64,000 nucleotides of DNA, taken from Candidatus Adlerbacteria bacterium (lineage in GTDB: Bacteria > Patescibacteriota > Minisyncoccia > Phycocordibacterales > SBAW01). Of the stretch, positions 44,972-54,608 are shown piece by piece (the first letter of the stretch is position 1; each line of letters starts with the position of its first letter). The DNA is taken from contig JAQBRA010000002.1 in NCBI GenBank assembly GCA_028286685.1, forward strand, positions 1,073 through 65,072. Direction: 5' to 3'. The notes beneath the pieces are model-generated. The model was not told where the DNA came from, did no database searches, and was given only the letters and a program-made list of their open reading frames with translations. The position numbers and the translations under genes are program-made.

Positions 44972-46180
44972 TTATAGGAACTCCTTAAGGAACGCGTGCA
45001 CAGAACCCGGAGGAGTCATGCCGGAGTATCGCTCATCACCAATAACGATGCGATTGGGCTTCTTGTAGTAACTCGATTGGAGGTTGAAGGTGTAAACACC
45101 TTCTTCATCCGTACGCTGCAACCGGTCTTCCGGACGCTTGAGGCTCGACCAGAGAAAGTCGAGCGATTCGCTCCCGAAAGACGGCTCCCTATTTTGTATA
45201 TAGGGCGCCACCCGCGAGCCAGTAGCCAGCAGGAAGGTCGTCTGAGCATCGCCGCCGCCCCATAATCCGGCCCGAAGGTCGGTAAGGGTATCTCCGGCAT
45301 AGAAGAGGCGCAGGTCTTTTGTCGGTCGGCCGGCTGCTTTCGCAGACTCCGAAAACAGCCGGTTGATCATCTTCTCCTTTCTTGCTCCCCAAGGAATGAG
45401 GTAGAGCGTGTATTTGCTGTTTTCAGGATTATTCCGGTCGGGCCTGCTTTCATCTACAAGCGCAATACGAAGGGCGACCGAATGCCCTTCGGACTTCTTA
45501 CGTTCAATAGCGGAAACGAGCGCATTCATCTGGGCCAATCCGCTACTTCCTTTGAAGTCGAGCTGGAATCTGTATTCCAGCGGAGCGACGTCAGTCAGGT
45601 CTTGCTCGTAGTTACTCCTATTTTCTAAGGGAGACATGTACTCTCCCGCTTCAGGAAAGGTGTCCGCCAAGAAAGCCAGCATCGACAGGCGCCACGGCTC
45701 AGGCTTCGATGCTCCTTTCTTGGCAGCGTCGTGCTTGAGCAGATCGAAGTAGTTATGATCAACCATGTACCCGTGCCCGTTACGCAGGCAGATGCCGCTC
45801 CCGAAGCCGGCGGAAACATCCCAATCGAGAGAGTGGTCAAAAAACGAAACCCCCTCGAGCGGAACAGGCACGCGCCTGCCCGTTACCTGCTCAACGCCCC
45901 ACTTGGGCTCAGGTTCGAGGAAGCCGAGTTTTTTCGACGCTTGATAGACCGAGCTCGACATAGTGAGCGCAGGCGTACGGGCCGTTACAGCACCCGCCAC
46001 CAACCCTCTGTCCAAAAGCAGCTGGCGAACAGCCGCTCTGTCATTCAACTCATTCGAAGACGGAATCTTATCTCCCGTTGTAAATGTCCCATCAAGGTCG
46101 GTAAGCACCATGATGCCGCTTTCTTTTAACTTGGGGATATAGGAAGCTTTCCCATAAGGATCCCCCACCACGTCCGTCAT
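44972..46180 (-). CDS. HAD-superfamily hydrolase-like protein (low-GC)
   Basis: HAD motif I VLTDLDGTF, 402 aa, and lower GC than the backbone. Confidence 0.45.
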   Translation of the reverse strand: MTDVVGDPYGKASYIPKLKESGIMVLTDLDGTFTTGDKIPSSNELNDRAAVRQLLLDRGLVAGAVTARTPALTMSSSVYQASKKLGFLEPEPKWGVEQVTGRRVPVPLEGVSFFDHSLDWDVSAGFGSGICLRNGHGYMVDHNYFDLLKHDAAKKGASKPEPWRLSMLAFLADTFPEAGEYMSPLENRSNYEQDLTDVAPLEYRFQLDFKGSSGLAQMNALVSAIERKKSEGHSVALRIALVDESRPDRNNPENSKYTLYLIPWGARKEKMINRLFSESAKAAGRPTKDLRLFYAGDTLTDLRAGLWGGGDAQTTFLLATGSRVAPYIQNREPSFGSESLDFLWSSLKRPEDRLQRTDEEGVYTFNLQSSYYKKPNRIVIGDERYSGMTPPGSVHAFLKEFL

Positions 46181-46347
46181 TTAACCCCTCCCAAAGAGCA
46201 AGCTGGAATACGGCTACACTCTACCCATTACTTGATACACAACAATATCCGCTTTCAAGCTTACTGGATAGAACCTGTGATCTACATGAAGCCGTTAGAA
46301 TAAGCAAAAACCCTTGAAATAAGTGATTTTTGTGGTATTTTGGTGTT

Positions 46348-47460
46348 ATGAAAGTGCTCGCCATAGAGACCTCCTGCGACGAGACCGGCATTGCCCTGGT
46401 GGAAGGCCGCCGCACTCCGGCAGGCATGGAATTTAGCACCCTCAAGGCGGCATTGGTCAGCCAGGCCGCTCTGCATGCACCGTACGGAGGAGTCTTCCCC
46501 ACTTTGGCCAAGCGCGAACACACAGCAAGTCTGCCAGTACTGTTTGAGCAGTTTAAAGATGAAGATTTTGACGCCATTGCGGTCACCCAAGGACCGGGAC
46601 TCGAGCCGGCGCTCTGGACCGGCATCGAGTTTGCAAAAAAAATTGCAAGCGACTTTAAGAAGCCCCTCTTGCCCGTCAATCATATGGAGGGCCATATTAT
46701 TTCCTCGCTCGCACGGCCGGTTACCAGCCCCGATACTCATTCTAGTATTCTGCAGAACACTAGGGTACTAAGCGATGCGCAGTTTCCAATACTCGCCCTG
46801 CTCGTCTCCGGCGGACACACCGAATTTGTCCTGATGCGCGACTGGTTTCAATACGAGCTTATCGGCCGCACGCTCGACGATGCCGTGGGCGAAGCGTTCG
46901 ACAAGGTGGCCCGCATGATCGGAGTCCCCTACCCGGGCGGGCCGCAAATCTCCAAGCTCGCGCAGGGCGCCCGTGTCCGGTCCTTAAAGTCCGACATCAA
47001 GCTTCCACGCCCTATGCTCCATGCCGACTCCTGCGACGTATCCTTCTCGGGCCTTAAGACCGCGGCACTCTACGCTTTGCGCGACCGCGGCGGCGTACAA
47101 AAACTCTCAGGCGACGAAATATCGGCCTTTGCCGCCGAGCTTGAGGATGCCATTGTCGAAGTCTTGTGCGCCAAGACGCGCCGCGCGCTGGAGCAAACCG
47201 GCGCCAAGACCTTGGTCATAGGCGGGGGTGTGGCAGCCAACCGCTACTTGCGCGAGGAACTGCAGAAAATGGTGCTTGAGGATTTTAACGATGTCGAATT
47301 CCGCCTCCCGGAGCTTTCCATCACCGGGGACAACGCCATTATGATTGCCGAGGCGGCCCTCGCCCACCTCCTTATGGGCGACTGGCAGCTCGACCAGTCC
47401 GGCACAGATCTGGATTTTAAGGCTCAGGGCAACCTTTCTCTAGCCCAAAAAGTGTTGTAA
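46348..47460 (+). CDS. tsaD: tRNA N6-adenosine threonylcarbamoyltransferase
   Basis: MKVLAIETSCDETGIALV..., Kae1/TsaD family. Confidence 0.85.
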   Translation: MKVLAIETSCDETGIALVEGRRTPAGMEFSTLKAALVSQAALHAPYGGVFPTLAKREHTASLPVLFEQFKDEDFDAIAVTQGPGLEPALWTGIEFAKKIASDFKKPLLPVNHMEGHIISSLARPVTSPDTHSSILQNTRVLSDAQFPILALLVSGGHTEFVLMRDWFQYELIGRTLDDAVGEAFDKVARMIGVPYPGGPQISKLAQGARVRSLKSDIKLPRPMLHADSCDVSFSGLKTAALYALRDRGGVQKLSGDEISAFAAELEDAIVEVLCAKTRRALEQTGAKTLVIGGGVAANRYLREELQKMVLEDFNDVEFRLPELSITGDNAIMIAEAALAHLLMGDWQLDQSGTDLDFKAQGNLSLAQKVL

Positions 47461-47469
47461 ATTAAGCCC

Positions 47470-49626
47470 ATGCCGGAGAAATTCCTCAAGCCCTACGACG
47501 CCCAGGCCTCAGAGGCCTCTATATATAAGACATGGGAGGAGTCGGGCTACTTTAACCCCGACAACTTGCCGCCGCTCCAAGACGGCTCTGCGCGCACCGA
47601 GCCTTTTTCCATAGTATTGCCGCCACCTAACGTTACCGGCACGCTCCACCTGGGCCACGCCTCCATGCTGGCAGTCGAAGACATTTTAGTGCGCTACAAC
47701 CGCATGAAGGGCAAGAAGGCGCTTTGGATACCGGGCACCGATTCGGCGGCAATCGCCACCCAGAGCAAGGTTGAAAAGGAAATCCAAAAGAGCGAGGGCA
47801 AATCCCGCCACGATCTGGGGAGAGACGAGCTCCTCAAACGCGTGGACGCCTTTGCCGAAGAGAGCAAAACAACTATCGTCAACCAAGTTAAGCGTATGGG
47901 CTCCTCCCTGGACTGGAGCCGCTATGCCTACACGCTCGACGATAAGCGCTATAAGGCGGTCATGGAGGCGTTCGTGCGCATGTACGACGCTGGGCTCATT
48001 TATCGCGGCAATCGCATAGTTAACTGGGACCCCAAGGGCCAGACGACTATTTCCGATGACGAGATAGTGCACGAGGAGCGCACGGCAAAACTGGTCACGT
48101 TTAAATACTCCAAAGACTTCCCCATCGCCGTCTCTACCACTCGACTTGAGACCAAAGTGGGCGACACGGCGGTCGCGGTGCATCCGGACGATGCTCGCTA
48201 CCAGGAATTTGTAGGAAAAGAATACGACGCGACCTTTTGCGGCGTGCCTTTGCATATAAAAATTATCGCCGACAAGGAAGTCGATCCGGAATTCGGCACC
48301 GGCGCCTTGGGCGTTACTCCCGCGCATTCCCAAACCGACTGGGAGATAGCCGACCGGCATAATATTGCCGCGCGCCCCCAAGTAATAAACGAGTACGCAA
48401 AGATGACCGTCGAGGGACCGCTCAGCGGCAAAAAAGTTCTTGAGGCCCGCGAAACAGTCTTGGAATGGCTCAAGACTGAAGGTCTTTTTATTGAAGAGAA
48501 GGATATCCAGCAAAACGTCTCGACTGCGGAGCGCACCGGCGGCATTATCGAGCCCTTGCCGAAGCTGCAGTGGTTCATAGACGTCAACAAGCCTATAGCC
48601 GAGCGCGGCGACAAATCACTTAAAGAGCTTATGCGCGAGGCGGTAGCATCCGGCGGAGTCATGATCACTCCTAGCCACTTTGAAAAGATTTATTTCCATT
48701 GGATAGAGAATCTGCGCGACTGGTGCATTAGCCGCCAGATCTGGTTCGGGCACCGCATACCCGTCTGGTATAAGGGTACTGAGACCTACGTAGGCATAGA
48801 GGCGCCCGAGGGTGAAGGATGGGGTCAGGATCAAGACACGCTCGACACGTGGTTTAGCTCGGGTCTGTGGACCTTCTCCACCTTGGGCTGGCCGGAGGAG
48901 ACGGAGGACCTAAAAACCTTCCACCCTACCTCAGTCCTTGAGACCGGCTACGACATCCTCTTCTTCTGGGTAGCGCGCATGATACTCATGAGCAGCTTTT
49001 TGATGAAAGAAGTGCCGTTTAAGAACGTATACCTCCACGGCCTCGTGCGCGACGGCCAAGGCCGCAAGATGAGCAAGTCTTTGGGCAACATTATCGACCC
49101 GTTGGATATGATAAATAAGTACGGCGCCGATGCCGTACGCCTTTCGCTTATCGTGGGCGCTGCCCCAGGCAACGATATCCGTCTCGATGAGAACCGCATA
49201 CGCGCCTACAAGAACTTTGCCAACAAGGTATGGAACATTACCCGCTTCGTGCTCGAGAGCGCACAGGAAGCAGATGCCATCGTTGATTCCCCCATCAATC
49301 CCGCAGACGAGAGCCTTATAGCCGAAGCAAAAGTCATGGCCCAAGAAGTTGCCAAGCATATAGACACCTTCCGCCTCGATTTGGCTGCCGATGCCGCCTA
49401 CCAGTTTATCTGGCACCGCTTTGCCGACGAAGTGCTGGAGGAGAGCAAACCGCTCTTGCGCGGGGACGACAAGGTCCGCGCGGCCTCCCGCGCTGCAGCG
49501 CTTCTGCAGTCGCTCGATATACTCCTAAAGGCGCTTCACCCGTTTATGCCGTTTGTAACCGAGGAAATCTGGAAGGACATGCCTTCTCGTAAAGATTTGC
49601 TTATGGTCGAAGCGTGGCCTTCCTAA
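47470..49626 (+). CDS. valS: valine--tRNA ligase (short form)
   Basis: PPPNVTGTLHLGHA (HIGH) and KMSKSLGN (KMSKS). 718 aa, lacking the long C-terminal coiled coil. Confidence 0.8.
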   Translation: MPEKFLKPYDAQASEASIYKTWEESGYFNPDNLPPLQDGSARTEPFSIVLPPPNVTGTLHLGHASMLAVEDILVRYNRMKGKKALWIPGTDSAAIATQSKVEKEIQKSEGKSRHDLGRDELLKRVDAFAEESKTTIVNQVKRMGSSLDWSRYAYTLDDKRYKAVMEAFVRMYDAGLIYRGNRIVNWDPKGQTTISDDEIVHEERTAKLVTFKYSKDFPIAVSTTRLETKVGDTAVAVHPDDARYQEFVGKEYDATFCGVPLHIKIIADKEVDPEFGTGALGVTPAHSQTDWEIADRHNIAARPQVINEYAKMTVEGPLSGKKVLEARETVLEWLKTEGLFIEEKDIQQNVSTAERTGGIIEPLPKLQWFIDVNKPIAERGDKSLKELMREAVASGGVMITPSHFEKIYFHWIENLRDWCISRQIWFGHRIPVWYKGTETYVGIEAPEGEGWGQDQDTLDTWFSSGLWTFSTLGWPEETEDLKTFHPTSVLETGYDILFFWVARMILMSSFLMKEVPFKNVYLHGLVRDGQGRKMSKSLGNIIDPLDMINKYGADAVRLSLIVGAAPGNDIRLDENRIRAYKNFANKVWNITRFVLESAQEADAIVDSPINPADESLIAEAKVMAQEVAKHIDTFRLDLAADAAYQFIWHRFADEVLEESKPLLRGDDKVRAASRAAALLQSLDILLKALHPFMPFVTEEIWKDMPSRKDLLMVEAWPS

Positions 49627-49659
49627 ATTGCCCCAAAGGGGCTGTGCTATACTTTTTTT

Positions 49660-50346
49660 ATGTCCGGTGTGGCTCTTCTTATCGCCGTTGTGGGCGGGAT
49701 ACTGCCCGCGCTGCTGTGGCTCACGTTCTGGCTCATGGAGGACCGCTGCGACCCCGAGCCCAAGCGCTACATATTCTTCTGCTTTATCGGCGGCATGGTA
49801 GCGGTCCCGCTTATACTCCCTATCGAGCAGTATGTGGCGCATTACCTGGCGGGGACGCAGCTTTTGCTGGCCTGGGCAACGCTTGAGGAGTTGTTTAAAT
49901 TCGCTGCGGCGTACGCGGCCGCACTGCGCTTCAGGGTCTTTGACGAGCCTCTGGACGGCGTTATATACCTGGTTACGGCGGCGCTCGGATTCTCCGCGCT
50001 TGAAAACGTATTCTTCCTCCTCTCACCAGTCGGCGACGGCGATCTTTTGCGCACCATAGTCACGGGTGACTTGCGCTTTATCGGCGCAACGCTCTTGCAC
50101 ACGCTTTCATCTGCAACTATCGGCGTTGCGCTGGCGCTTTCGTTCTACAAGAGCGTGGCGCTGCGGAAATTCGCCGCATTCGCGGGAGTTATCCTTGCGG
50201 TCGCATTGCATACGCTCTTTAATTTTTTTATACTTACAAGCGGCAAGGGGTCGACCTTTATGGTCTTCCTCGCCATCTGGCTTGGCATCGTAGTACTCCT
50301 CTTTACCATAGAGCAGGTCAAGCAGCCGGCGCGCGACTACTGTTAG
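49660..50346 (+). CDS. PrsW-family intramembrane metalloprotease
   Basis: Multi-TM, with EELFK (E-E-x-x-K), FSALENVFF and TLLHTLSSA motifs. Confidence 0.65.
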   Translation: MSGVALLIAVVGGILPALLWLTFWLMEDRCDPEPKRYIFFCFIGGMVAVPLILPIEQYVAHYLAGTQLLLAWATLEELFKFAAAYAAALRFRVFDEPLDGVIYLVTAALGFSALENVFFLLSPVGDGDLLRTIVTGDLRFIGATLLHTLSSATIGVALALSFYKSVALRKFAAFAGVILAVALHTLFNFFILTSGKGSTFMVFLAIWLGIVVLLFTIEQVKQPARDYC

Positions 50347-50367
50347 CTAACTATCCCTATATTATTT

Positions 50368-50880
50368 ATGGCACGAGAAAGGCGATCATTGTTTGAGTGG
50401 CTTACGGGGAGCCAAGGCGAAGCGGACTACTCTTTTGACGAACTCGAGCAAGGCGGCGCCTCTTTTGCCGCAACCCCGGCCCGCGGAGGCCGCGTCCCGG
50501 TCCATTCACCAAGCGCTCCCATGCCCCTGCAGGAGCCCGAGGAGGAACCAGCGGGAGAATTGGCCGTCGATGTCTACCAGACCCCGACCCATATCGTCAT
50601 TAAAGCCATGATAGCTGGCGTTAAGCCTGATGATCTCGACGTTTCCATAACCCGCGATATGGTTACTATCCGCGGCAAGCGCGAGCGCCATACCGAGGGT
50701 ACTGCAGGCGACTTTTTCTTCCAGGAACTCTACTGGGGCGCTTTTAGCCGCACCATCGTCCTGCCCCAGGAGGTGGAGATAGAAGAGGCTGAGGCTTCCG
50801 AGAAGCACGGCCTCCTCATTGTGCGCCTCCCCAAGCTCGACAAGGGCCGCCAGGCAAAACTCAAGGTCAAATCGAATTAG
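50368..50880 (+). CDS. Hsp20/alpha-crystallin family small heat-shock protein
   Basis: ACD core LAVDVYQTPTHIVIKAMIAGVKPDDLDVSITRDMVTIRGKRE...GLLIVRLPK. Confidence 0.8.
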   Translation: MARERRSLFEWLTGSQGEADYSFDELEQGGASFAATPARGGRVPVHSPSAPMPLQEPEEEPAGELAVDVYQTPTHIVIKAMIAGVKPDDLDVSITRDMVTIRGKRERHTEGTAGDFFFQELYWGAFSRTIVLPQEVEIEEAEASEKHGLLIVRLPKLDKGRQAKLKVKSN

Positions 50881-50888
50881 GTTCTAGC

Positions 50889-50931
50889 CATAAAGTAAAA
50901 GACCTGCCGCAGGGCAGGTCTTTTACTTTAT
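50889..50931 (+). terminator. bidirectional hairpin terminator (19-bp stem, GCAG loop) between hsp20 and tRNA-Phe
   Basis: ataaagtaaaagacctgcc-gcag-ggcaggtcttttactttat. Confidence 0.65.
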
Positions 50932-50933
50932 GG

Positions 50934-51006
50934 TGCTTGGGGCCGGGCTCGAACCGGCGACATCTTCCTCTTCAGGGAAGCGCTCTACCAACTGAGCTAC
51001 CCAAGC
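50934..51006 (-). tRNA. tRNA-Phe(GAA)
   Basis: The reverse complement reads GCTTGGGTAGCTCAGTTGGTAGAGC...anticodon loop CTGAAGA...GGTTCGAGCCCGGCCCCAAGCA. Confidence 0.85.
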
Positions 51007-51049
51007 AATAAGACCAGCTTATCAAAAAGCGGGACTTTAGGCCACTGGC

Positions 51050-51334
51050 CTAGCGGCTAGTCGAAGTCCCGAAATACTGGCCGAAAAAGCTCCGTGCCTG
51101 CTGCTCAAAACCCTGTGCCGAGTCGTACAAGCCTAATACCTGATGAACGTAGGGCTGCACATAGGCGTAATAGGTGTACGCCGAGACGCTGAATATAAGC
51201 ACCCACCATATGACGGCCACAAACGTATGCCAGCGCTGGTTGCGGCGCATGGCATGGACCACCTTGTTGGTGTCCTGGCTTAAGAGCGTATTGCGGCGCA
51301 CCAGCTCTTTAAGCTCCTCTATCTCCGTATCCAT
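51050..51334 (-). CDS. hypothetical small membrane protein
   Basis: One TM (FVAVIWWVLIFSVSAYTYYAY). Confidence 0.3.
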   Translation of the reverse strand: MDTEIEELKELVRRNTLLSQDTNKVVHAMRRNQRWHTFVAVIWWVLIFSVSAYTYYAYVQPYVHQVLGLYDSAQGFEQQARSFFGQYFGTSTSR

Positions 51335-51357
51335 GCCCTAAATTGTATCACGCACAG

Positions 51358-52245
51358 CTACTTGTCCTTAAAAAAATCCTCGAGCCCCAGCTGCGTCGCC
51401 TCGGCCATGGCATTGAGTGTGCTCTCGCGCAGGAGCGGGTCTTGGATGCGGCGCTCGTATATGTAGGAATATTCCACCAACACACTTGCGGCCTCCAGCG
51501 TATTGTATGCGCCTATGGCGATAAGCTCTTGGTCTTCCACCAGACCCGCGCTTTCGCCCGGCAAGGTGCTCGGGTAGGTTACATCCATAAGGCGGTCCCG
51601 CAGGGCCTCTCCGACCGCCCAGGAGCCCCGCGCGTTGCCAAACTGATTCTCGGGCGTGTAGATAGTAAAGCCGGTGTACGGAGCCGGGTAGTTAAGATCG
51701 TAGCGCGCCGTATCGTTGAAATGCACATGCAAGACGAGATCGAACTCCTCGTCATTGGACCACTTATTGATGCCGTAGAGCCTGAGCGCCGCTTCGCTGG
51801 CGGCGGTCCCATGCGGCACGCCGCTCGCAGATTCAAGATTCCCCGACTCCAAATGACGCTCCATGCGGTCCTTGTAGCGCGCGATGAAATCCTCGGTCTG
51901 CTCCCGTCGATCGGTAAAATATTCAAGGAGGTCGGGGTCGTACCCCTCTTCGGTACGCGCCATGCGCACCTCCAAGTTCTTATTATCCCCCAAGAGGTCC
52001 TTAATTTTTTCTGCAAGTTCAAGATTTAGGTCAGCCTCGCGCAGGCCGGCAAAGGAGGTGCCACTAAACTGATCGTCATGCCCGGCAACAATGAGCACCT
52101 TAAAATCGCCCTTGCCCTTCTGTGCATCCTTATATGCCTTATGGAGGATTGCCGGCGTCGAAGTGTCCTTGTAGGCGGCGGCAAAGGCCTGGCCTGCAGG
52201 CAAAATAAGCAGGGCCGCGGCGACCAACACTAACAAGCGCTTCAT
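51358..52245 (-). CDS. N-acetylmuramoyl-L-alanine amidase (Amidase_3 family), secreted
   Basis: Signal peptide, VLIVAGHDDQ, ...DLVLHVHFND. Confidence 0.55.
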   Translation of the reverse strand: MKRLLVLVAAALLILPAGQAFAAAYKDTSTPAILHKAYKDAQKGKGDFKVLIVAGHDDQFSGTSFAGLREADLNLELAEKIKDLLGDNKNLEVRMARTEEGYDPDLLEYFTDRREQTEDFIARYKDRMERHLESGNLESASGVPHGTAASEAALRLYGINKWSNDEEFDLVLHVHFNDTARYDLNYPAPYTGFTIYTPENQFGNARGSWAVGEALRDRLMDVTYPSTLPGESAGLVEDQELIAIGAYNTLEAASVLVEYSYIYERRIQDPLLRESTLNAMAEATQLGLEDFFKDK

Positions 52246-52282
52246 AAAGCCAGTATAGCAGGTGCCTACCTGAAGATTTTAT

Positions 52283-52354
52283 GTGCCCTTAGCAGGAATT
52301 GAACCTACATCTTCTCCTTAGGACGGAGTTGCTCTATCCGTTGAGCTATAAGGG
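52283..52354 (-). tRNA. tRNA-Arg(CCT)
   Basis: The reverse complement reads GCCCTTATAGCTCAACGGATAGAGC...loop with the CCT anticodon...GTAGGTTCAATTCCTGCTAAGGGCA. The anticodon-stem register is slightly ambiguous. Confidence 0.65.
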
Positions 52355-52371
52355 CTTTCTGTTTTTACGAC

Positions 52372-52393
52372 AAAACCGGCTTTCGCCGGTTTT
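52372..52393 (-). terminator. bidirectional rho-independent terminator
   Basis: aaaaccggc-tttc-gccggtttt. Confidence 0.65.
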
Positions 52394-52420
52394 GAGTATG
52401 CTACAGATTCGCCTTTTGGG

Positions 52421-52663
52421 CTACGCCTCGATCCCGAGCTTGCCAGCCACCTTGGCGCGGTCAAAGCCCACCATCATCTCATCGCCGATAACGATAACCG
52501 GGACGCCTAGCTGGCCGGTCATCTGGATCATCTCCTCGCGCTTTGCGGCGTCGGTTGAGACGTCGTAGCCGGTGTACTCAATGCCCTTTTCGGCAAAGAA
52601 ATCCTTGGCCATCTCGCAGAAGTGGCAGGTCGGCGTGCTGTAGATAGTAACGGTCTTTTGCAT
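52421..52663 (-). CDS. glutaredoxin-like protein (NrdH/Grx family)
   Basis: IYSTPTCHFCEMAKDF (C-x-x-C), 80 aa. Confidence 0.75.
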   Translation of the reverse strand: MQKTVTIYSTPTCHFCEMAKDFFAEKGIEYTGYDVSTDAAKREEMIQMTGQLGVPVIVIGDEMMVGFDRAKVAGKLGIEA

Positions 52664-52714
52664 AAATCCTTGGTTATTTGCTAGTAACTCCAGTATATCA
52701 CGCAGGCTCTTAGG

Positions 52715-53341
52715 CTAGAATCCGAGCTTTTCCTTAACTAAGATCACGTGGATCTTCCGGCCAGTAAAGCCGACATTCTCCTTGTGGAACACGAACACTT
52801 TGTTAACCGCAGTACCTGCCTCGGGGCCGTATACTTTCTTCATGCGCGCATCCTCCAGGGGCACCACATGGTCTAGGAGGCGCTTGTAGGTATCAGCCAG
52901 GGTCGGCACGATCTTTTGGGCACCCACTACGAAGACGACATTGGGCGAGCTATACACGATGTGCGGCAGCTGGCTTCCGGTGTTAGAGGCAATAAGCATC
53001 TCGCCGGTCTCCGAAAGCGCGTGCACCGAGCCTGCGTAATATTCGGAAGTGAGAGCTTGGCGGCGCAACTCCTTCTGCTTTTCAGCATCCGCCTCGGAAA
53101 CAATGCCCGCATGGAGATTGTCCCAGCCATGACCCTCGGCCTTAAGGTGATCGATAAAGCCGATCTCTTCAAGGGTTGCAGACGCGCCGTTCATGACTGA
53201 AGCGCCCTGAGGAATAAGCTCCTTAACCTTTGCCAAAGCCTCTTCCTTGGTAGCCACGACTACCGGCTCGAAGCCGCGCTCCTTAAGCCCTGCGACTGTC
53301 TTAGTAATCGACTCTTCTGATGCCAATTGTGTGTAATCCAT
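52715..53341 (-). CDS. LUD-domain (LutC-like, DUF162) protein
   Basis: 208 aa, LUD-type ...VFVVGAQKIVPTL... Confidence 0.5.
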   Translation of the reverse strand: MDYTQLASEESITKTVAGLKERGFEPVVVATKEEALAKVKELIPQGASVMNGASATLEEIGFIDHLKAEGHGWDNLHAGIVSEADAEKQKELRRQALTSEYYAGSVHALSETGEMLIASNTGSQLPHIVYSSPNVVFVVGAQKIVPTLADTYKRLLDHVVPLEDARMKKVYGPEAGTAVNKVFVFHKENVGFTGRKIHVILVKEKLGF

Positions 53342-53403
53342 AGATTCAGTATATACCGATACTTTACATTGTAAAGTAGTAGGCGCTGTGATACGATTAT
53401 TTT

Positions 53404-53712
53404 ATGGCTTTGGCTACCCCTCTGGCACACAAAAAAGGCGGCTGTCCCGTACAAAAAACGGCCACTTTGCTGAGCGATACATGGACCATGCTTATCATCC
53501 GGGACCTCCTTGAGGGCCCTAGGCGCTTTTGCGACCTCGAACGCTCGCTTGAGGGCATATCGACCCGCACCCTGACCTTGAAGCTCAAAATCCTCGAGTC
53601 CGAACGGCTTATTAAGAAGCTCAAAGACGGCAGCTACTCGGCGACTCCCCGGGGCAAGGGCCTGCGGGTAGTCGAAAGCGCCATGCGCCGGTATGGAGAG
53701 AAATTTTTATAA
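53404..53712 (+). CDS. HxlR-family transcriptional regulator
   Basis: CPVQKTATLLSDTWTMLIIRDLLEGPRRFCDLERSLEGISTRTLTLKLKILE. Confidence 0.75.
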   Translation: MALATPLAHKKGGCPVQKTATLLSDTWTMLIIRDLLEGPRRFCDLERSLEGISTRTLTLKLKILESERLIKKLKDGSYSATPRGKGLRVVESAMRRYGEKFL

Positions 53713-53788
53713 ACTGTGCGGAATAGAAGCTGGGACTTATATTCCTTCCCTCGCTCGCAAATAATAGCGGGCTTTATTTGTCTCACTC

Positions 53789-53961
53789 GGGTGCGGAATG
53801 GGAATCGGTCAGGCGTTCGTATAATGCCGTCGCATTATACGCCGCACGACCCTGCCTCGCTCCCGTGCCCGCTGGCACGGGGCCCGCTCCGGCTTTCGAT
53901 TCTCCACACAACCCGCCCCGCGGGTCGTTCATTCCGCACTCTTGTCACTATAGTTCCTCGG
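53789..53961 (-). repeat. tRNA-linked structured repeat element, copy 2 (ends with a 20-nt duplicate of the tRNA-Gly 3' end)
   Basis: In tRNA orientation: hairpin, then gaatcgaaagccggagc, covarying hairpin 1 (cgtgccagcgggcacg), gcgaggcagggtcgtgcggc, covarying hairpin 2 (gtataatgcgacggcattatac), gaacgcctga, and ccgattcccattccgcacc, which repeats the tRNA 3' end. Confidence 0.6.
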
Positions 53962-54032
53962 TGCGGAATGGGAGAATCGAACTCCCGCCCGTTGCTTGGG
54001 AAGCAACTGTTCTACCACTAAACCAATTCCGC
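53962..54032 (-). tRNA. tRNA-Gly(CCC)
   Basis: The reverse complement reads GCGGAATTGGTTTAGTGGTAGAAC...anticodon stem-loop GTTGC-TTCCCAA-GCAAC...GGGAGTTCGATTCTCCCATTCCGCA. Confidence 0.8.
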
Positions 54033-54045
54033 GTACGGGCCTAAT

Positions 54046-54477
54046 TTACCACACGAAGAGCGCCCTGAATATCCTTACGAAAAAGTTGGGCGAGTCGGCC
54101 GACTCGGAGCTTGTGGTGGCCTGCCGCCGCACAATATCTATCTGGCCCTCGCCCGGCCGGGCTACCCCGTAGCGCTCGCGCACGCCCGCCTCCACCCCCC
54201 TATCCGACGACAAAGCGGCTACGGCGGCCCCTACGTGCTTGTGCTGGGACCGGAGCTCTTCCAGCTCGGCGCGAGCGCTCGCATCGGCACCTGAAGCAGC
54301 CACAAACTTGCCGTACATGCCCCAAGTGCCCCGCACCGCTATAAAAGCCACAAATACCAGGAACGCCACGCCGGCCAGGCCGAAACCCGTCTGCATCAAA
54401 TCCTGCCGGCCCGCTCGGCGCTTGCGATAGTCCTGCATGCTCTCATTGTACCCTCTTCCGGGGACCCCTTTATCCAC
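54046..54477 (-). CDS. FtsB/DivIC-like septum-formation-initiator-type membrane protein (tentative)
   Basis: Basic N-terminus, one TM, then a coiled-coil-prone segment (ARAELEELRSQHKHV). The start may be the internal Met. Confidence 0.3.
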   Translation of the reverse strand: MDKGVPGRGYNESMQDYRKRRAGRQDLMQTGFGLAGVAFLVFVAFIAVRGTWGMYGKFVAASGADASARAELEELRSQHKHVGAAVAALSSDRGVEAGVRERYGVARPGEGQIDIVRRQATTSSESADSPNFFVRIFRALFVW

Positions 54478-54503
54478 CGCCCTATATGCGCTAGACTAGT
54501 GCT

Positions 54504-54608
54504 ATGTACGGAAAACACCACAGTCGCGTCGTCAAAATCGGCGGATACGTCCTGGCAGTAGTCGTTATTGCCTCGATGGTTATCGCCTACTTCGCTCCGG
54601 CAGTCTAA
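54504..54608 (+). CDS. small hydrophobic peptide (34 aa), not in the ORF track
   Basis: MYGKHHSRVVKIGGYVLAVVVIASMVIAYFAPAV. Confidence 0.2.
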   Translation: MYGKHHSRVVKIGGYVLAVVVIASMVIAYFAPAV

